From positions 8,435-72,434 of the forward strand of contig CAZWZC010000001.1 of assembly GCA_964638755.1 (NCBI GenBank): 64,000 bases of DNA, given 5' to 3'. Below, piece after piece: positions 61,986-64,000 of the stretch. The notes beneath the pieces were generated by a model. It ran no database searches. It was not told the origin of the DNA and saw only the letters and a list, made by a program, of their open reading frames with translations. Source of the DNA: an uncultured Aeromicrobium sp. (lineage in GTDB: Bacteria; Actinomycetota; Actinomycetes; Propionibacteriales; Nocardioidaceae). Position 1 is the stretch's first letter; every line of letters begins with the position of its first letter. The position numbers were made by a program, and so were the translations under genes.

Positions 61986-62684
61986 CTACCAGGTGAACGA
62001 GCTGAACGCGCCGATGATCGTGGGGACGATGCCGATCAGGAAGAACGCCGGCAGGAAGCACACGCCGAGCGGTGCCGCCGTCCTGACGGCCACCTTGCGA
62101 CTGTCATCTCGCCTTCGGGCTCGCCGTTCGCGCCGCAGCTCGTCGGCCACGCCGGAGATGACCTGCGCGACCGGCATACCTGACATCTCCGCACGACGAA
62201 ACGCTCGTCCGACCGGCGCGAGCGCTGCATCGCCGAGCACCGAGGTCCACACCGCGATCGGGTCGCCGGCGACGGTGAGGCGACTGGACAGCTGGGCGAG
62301 CTCGGGCCCGAGGGGTGCGACGGTCGCCTCGGCGGCCAGACTCAGCGCGACCGCCGGTGGTCGACCGACCTCCAGTGTCGCGACGATCAGATCGAGGGCT
62401 CCTGGCAGCTGGGCTGCGATCATGGTGCTGCGTTGGCGGCTCGCCGCCGATTCGAGTCGGCCGACCGCGCCGTGTGCGATCGGGCTGATCGCGATGCCGA
62501 TCAACGCGCCGGTGGGCCAGCCGAGAAGAAGGAGAGCGGCGAGCGGCGCGGCCACCGCGGCGACGACGGCCAGATCCGGGCGTCGGGCATGGCGGGGTGC
62601 GGCAAACAGCGCACGCTGCCGGGCAACCGGTGACGACGGAATGGCGCACCACACGGCGAGAGCCAACAGGGTTGCCGCGATCAT
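61986..62684 (-). CDS. tadC: TadC / type II secretion F family protein
   Basis: LP.ALDL..A.L..G and PLGVCFLPAFFLIG..P motifs. Confidence 0.83.
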   Translation of the reverse strand: MIAATLLALAVWCAIPSSPVARQRALFAAPRHARRPDLAVVAAVAAPLAALLLLGWPTGALIGIAISPIAHGAVGRLESAASRQRSTMIAAQLPGALDLIVATLEVGRPPAVALSLAAEATVAPLGPELAQLSSRLTVAGDPIAVWTSVLGDAALAPVGRAFRRAEMSGMPVAQVISGVADELRRERRARRRDDSRKVAVRTAAPLGVCFLPAFFLIGIVPTIIGAFSSFTW

Positions 62685-63478
62685 CTGGTCCGTTCGGCGG
62701 CAGCGGCGATGCGGTTGACCCAGGCGACGCCGGCACACGCACACGCCGTGCCGGCGGCGAGGCACAGCGCTCCCATCACGGTGCTGGTGAGGAGCGTGAT
62801 GGGATCTGCTCCCATGCCCGAGCCGAGCGTCAGCCCGACCACCGGGAGCACGGCCATCAGTCGCCCGGTCGCGCGGGCGGGTGCGACACCCGACTGCACC
62901 TCACGCTCGATCTCCCGATCATCGCGTGCCGATGACTCGAGCCGGTCCAGCACCCGGGCGAGCGGCGCTCCGGCACGTTCAGCCACCAGCCAGGCACTCG
63001 ACACGTCGGCGAGCTGTTCGCTGCCGGGCGCACTCGACGCGTGTCGCAACGCCGCCGAGACGTCGCCGCCCAGCTCGGCAGCTCGCGCCGCCGCAGCGAG
63101 GAACCTGAAGTCAGGAGCGAGCCCCGTCAGCACCCGCAGAGGCAGCACCCCCGCGCGGAGCTCGGCAGCCATCAGGGCAATGACCTCCGCGACGGCGCTC
63201 CTGCGTTGTTGGGCTGAGCGACGCGCACGTTCGGTGCGCACCTGTCGTACGGCGAACAGCGTGACGCCGCCGACCGTGAGCACGACGATCAGCCGCGCGA
63301 GCGGCAGGCCTGCCACCAGCACGGCCACGACACCGGCCACGGCAAGCGGCGTCACCAGTGATCGCGGACGCACCGTCCAATGCCGGGCGATGAGCAATCG
63401 TTCGTGGATGAGCCACGCACCGCTTGGTCGGGCCAGCACCATCGCGCACATCGTGGAGACTGCCGCGAGCAGTGTCAT
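62681..63478 (-). CDS. tadB: TadB / type II secretion F family protein
   Basis: AAELRAG, W.VAERAGAPLA and ATGRLMAVLP motifs. Confidence 0.83.
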   Translation of the reverse strand: MTLLAAVSTMCAMVLARPSGAWLIHERLLIARHWTVRPRSLVTPLAVAGVVAVLVAGLPLARLIVVLTVGGVTLFAVRQVRTERARRSAQQRRSAVAEVIALMAAELRAGVLPLRVLTGLAPDFRFLAAAARAAELGGDVSAALRHASSAPGSEQLADVSSAWLVAERAGAPLARVLDRLESSARDDREIEREVQSGVAPARATGRLMAVLPVVGLTLGSGMGADPITLLTSTVMGALCLAAGTACACAGVAWVNRIAAAAERTR

Positions 63479-64000
63479 CTGAGCACCGCCATGAGTCGTT
63501 GGTGGCCGGGGCCGCGCACCGATGTGCCGCCATCGAAGGTGAGCGCGGGCTCGCAGCAGACCATCCCGCGGGAGTCTTCGCCGAGCGCTGCGATCTGCTC
63601 GACCCGGCGCAACCCGTCCGCACCACGTGCCAGATGCACCACGAGGTCGAGGCTGGCTCGGAGCTGACTGTGCACGGCTTCACGCGGCATGCCGGCCGCA
63701 ACCCCCAGCGCCTCGAACCGGGCAGGTACGTCCGTGGCGGAGTTGGCGTGGATCGTGCCGCAGCCTCCTTCGTGCCCGGTGTTGAGCGCTGCGAGCAGGT
63801 CGACCACTTCGGCGCCGCGTACTTCGCCGACGACCAGACGATCGGGGCGCATCCGCAGCGCCTGACGTACGAGGTCGCGCACGGTCACCAGCCCTGCGCC
63901 CTCGATGTTGGCGGGGCGGGCCTCTAACCCGACGACGTGTGGGTGCGCCGGGCGGAGCTCGGTGGCGTCCTCGACGATGACAATCCGCTCTGCCGGGTCG
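63475..64000 (-). CDS. tadA: TadA/CpaF pilus assembly ATPase (3' part; gene starts beyond window)
   Basis: [25 protein letters not shown] and NTGHEGG..TIHANS motifs. The frame stays open to the window end. Confidence 0.92.
   Translation of the reverse strand, partial: DPAERIVIVEDATELRPAHPHVVGLEARPANIEGAGLVTVRDLVRQALRMRPDRLVVGEVRGAEVVDLLAALNTGHEGGCGTIHANSATDVPARFEALGVAAGMPREAVHSQLRASLDLVVHLARGADGLRRVEQIAALGEDSRGMVCCEPALTFDGGTSVRGPGHQRLMAVLR

Overview
High-GC actinobacterial chromosomal window, probably Nocardioidaceae (the taxon is inferred, not verified). The core backbone has three parts. (1) purB (partial), purD, purA, DUF3151, fbaA, a TrmH methylase, pyrE and a class E sortase. (2) A tyrosine catabolism cluster (Lrp, hppD, hmgA, an unknown gene, fahA) and an aldehyde dehydrogenase operon with a GAF regulator. 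(3) holB, tmk, topA, a methyltransferase, hppA, a STAS protein, a DUF1998 helicase and a Tad/Flp pilus locus that runs off the window end. Between these lies an approximately 18 kb hypoxia and nitrate-respiration block: narGHJI, narK, hemerythrin, USP, CBS, a DosS/DosR-like pair, ferredoxin, a SufR-like regulator and cupins. It ends in a broken toxin-antitoxin-like pair next to tRNA-Thr(CGT). The most striking unexplained structure is a 1223-bp unit (5904-7126). It holds one AbiEi-wHTH/Vsr-like nuclease gene bounded by 79-bp hairpin-forming inverted repeats, sits flush against the fbaA stop codon, and has no transposase. Other notable items are a sterol-methyltransferase-like orphan gene, an E. 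coli-type PyrE at the ancestral actinobacterial pyrE position, and REP-like TTCGA..CTCA elements, one of them in frame inside a methyltransferase gene. All family assignments come from motif recognition by eye; no database searches were run.
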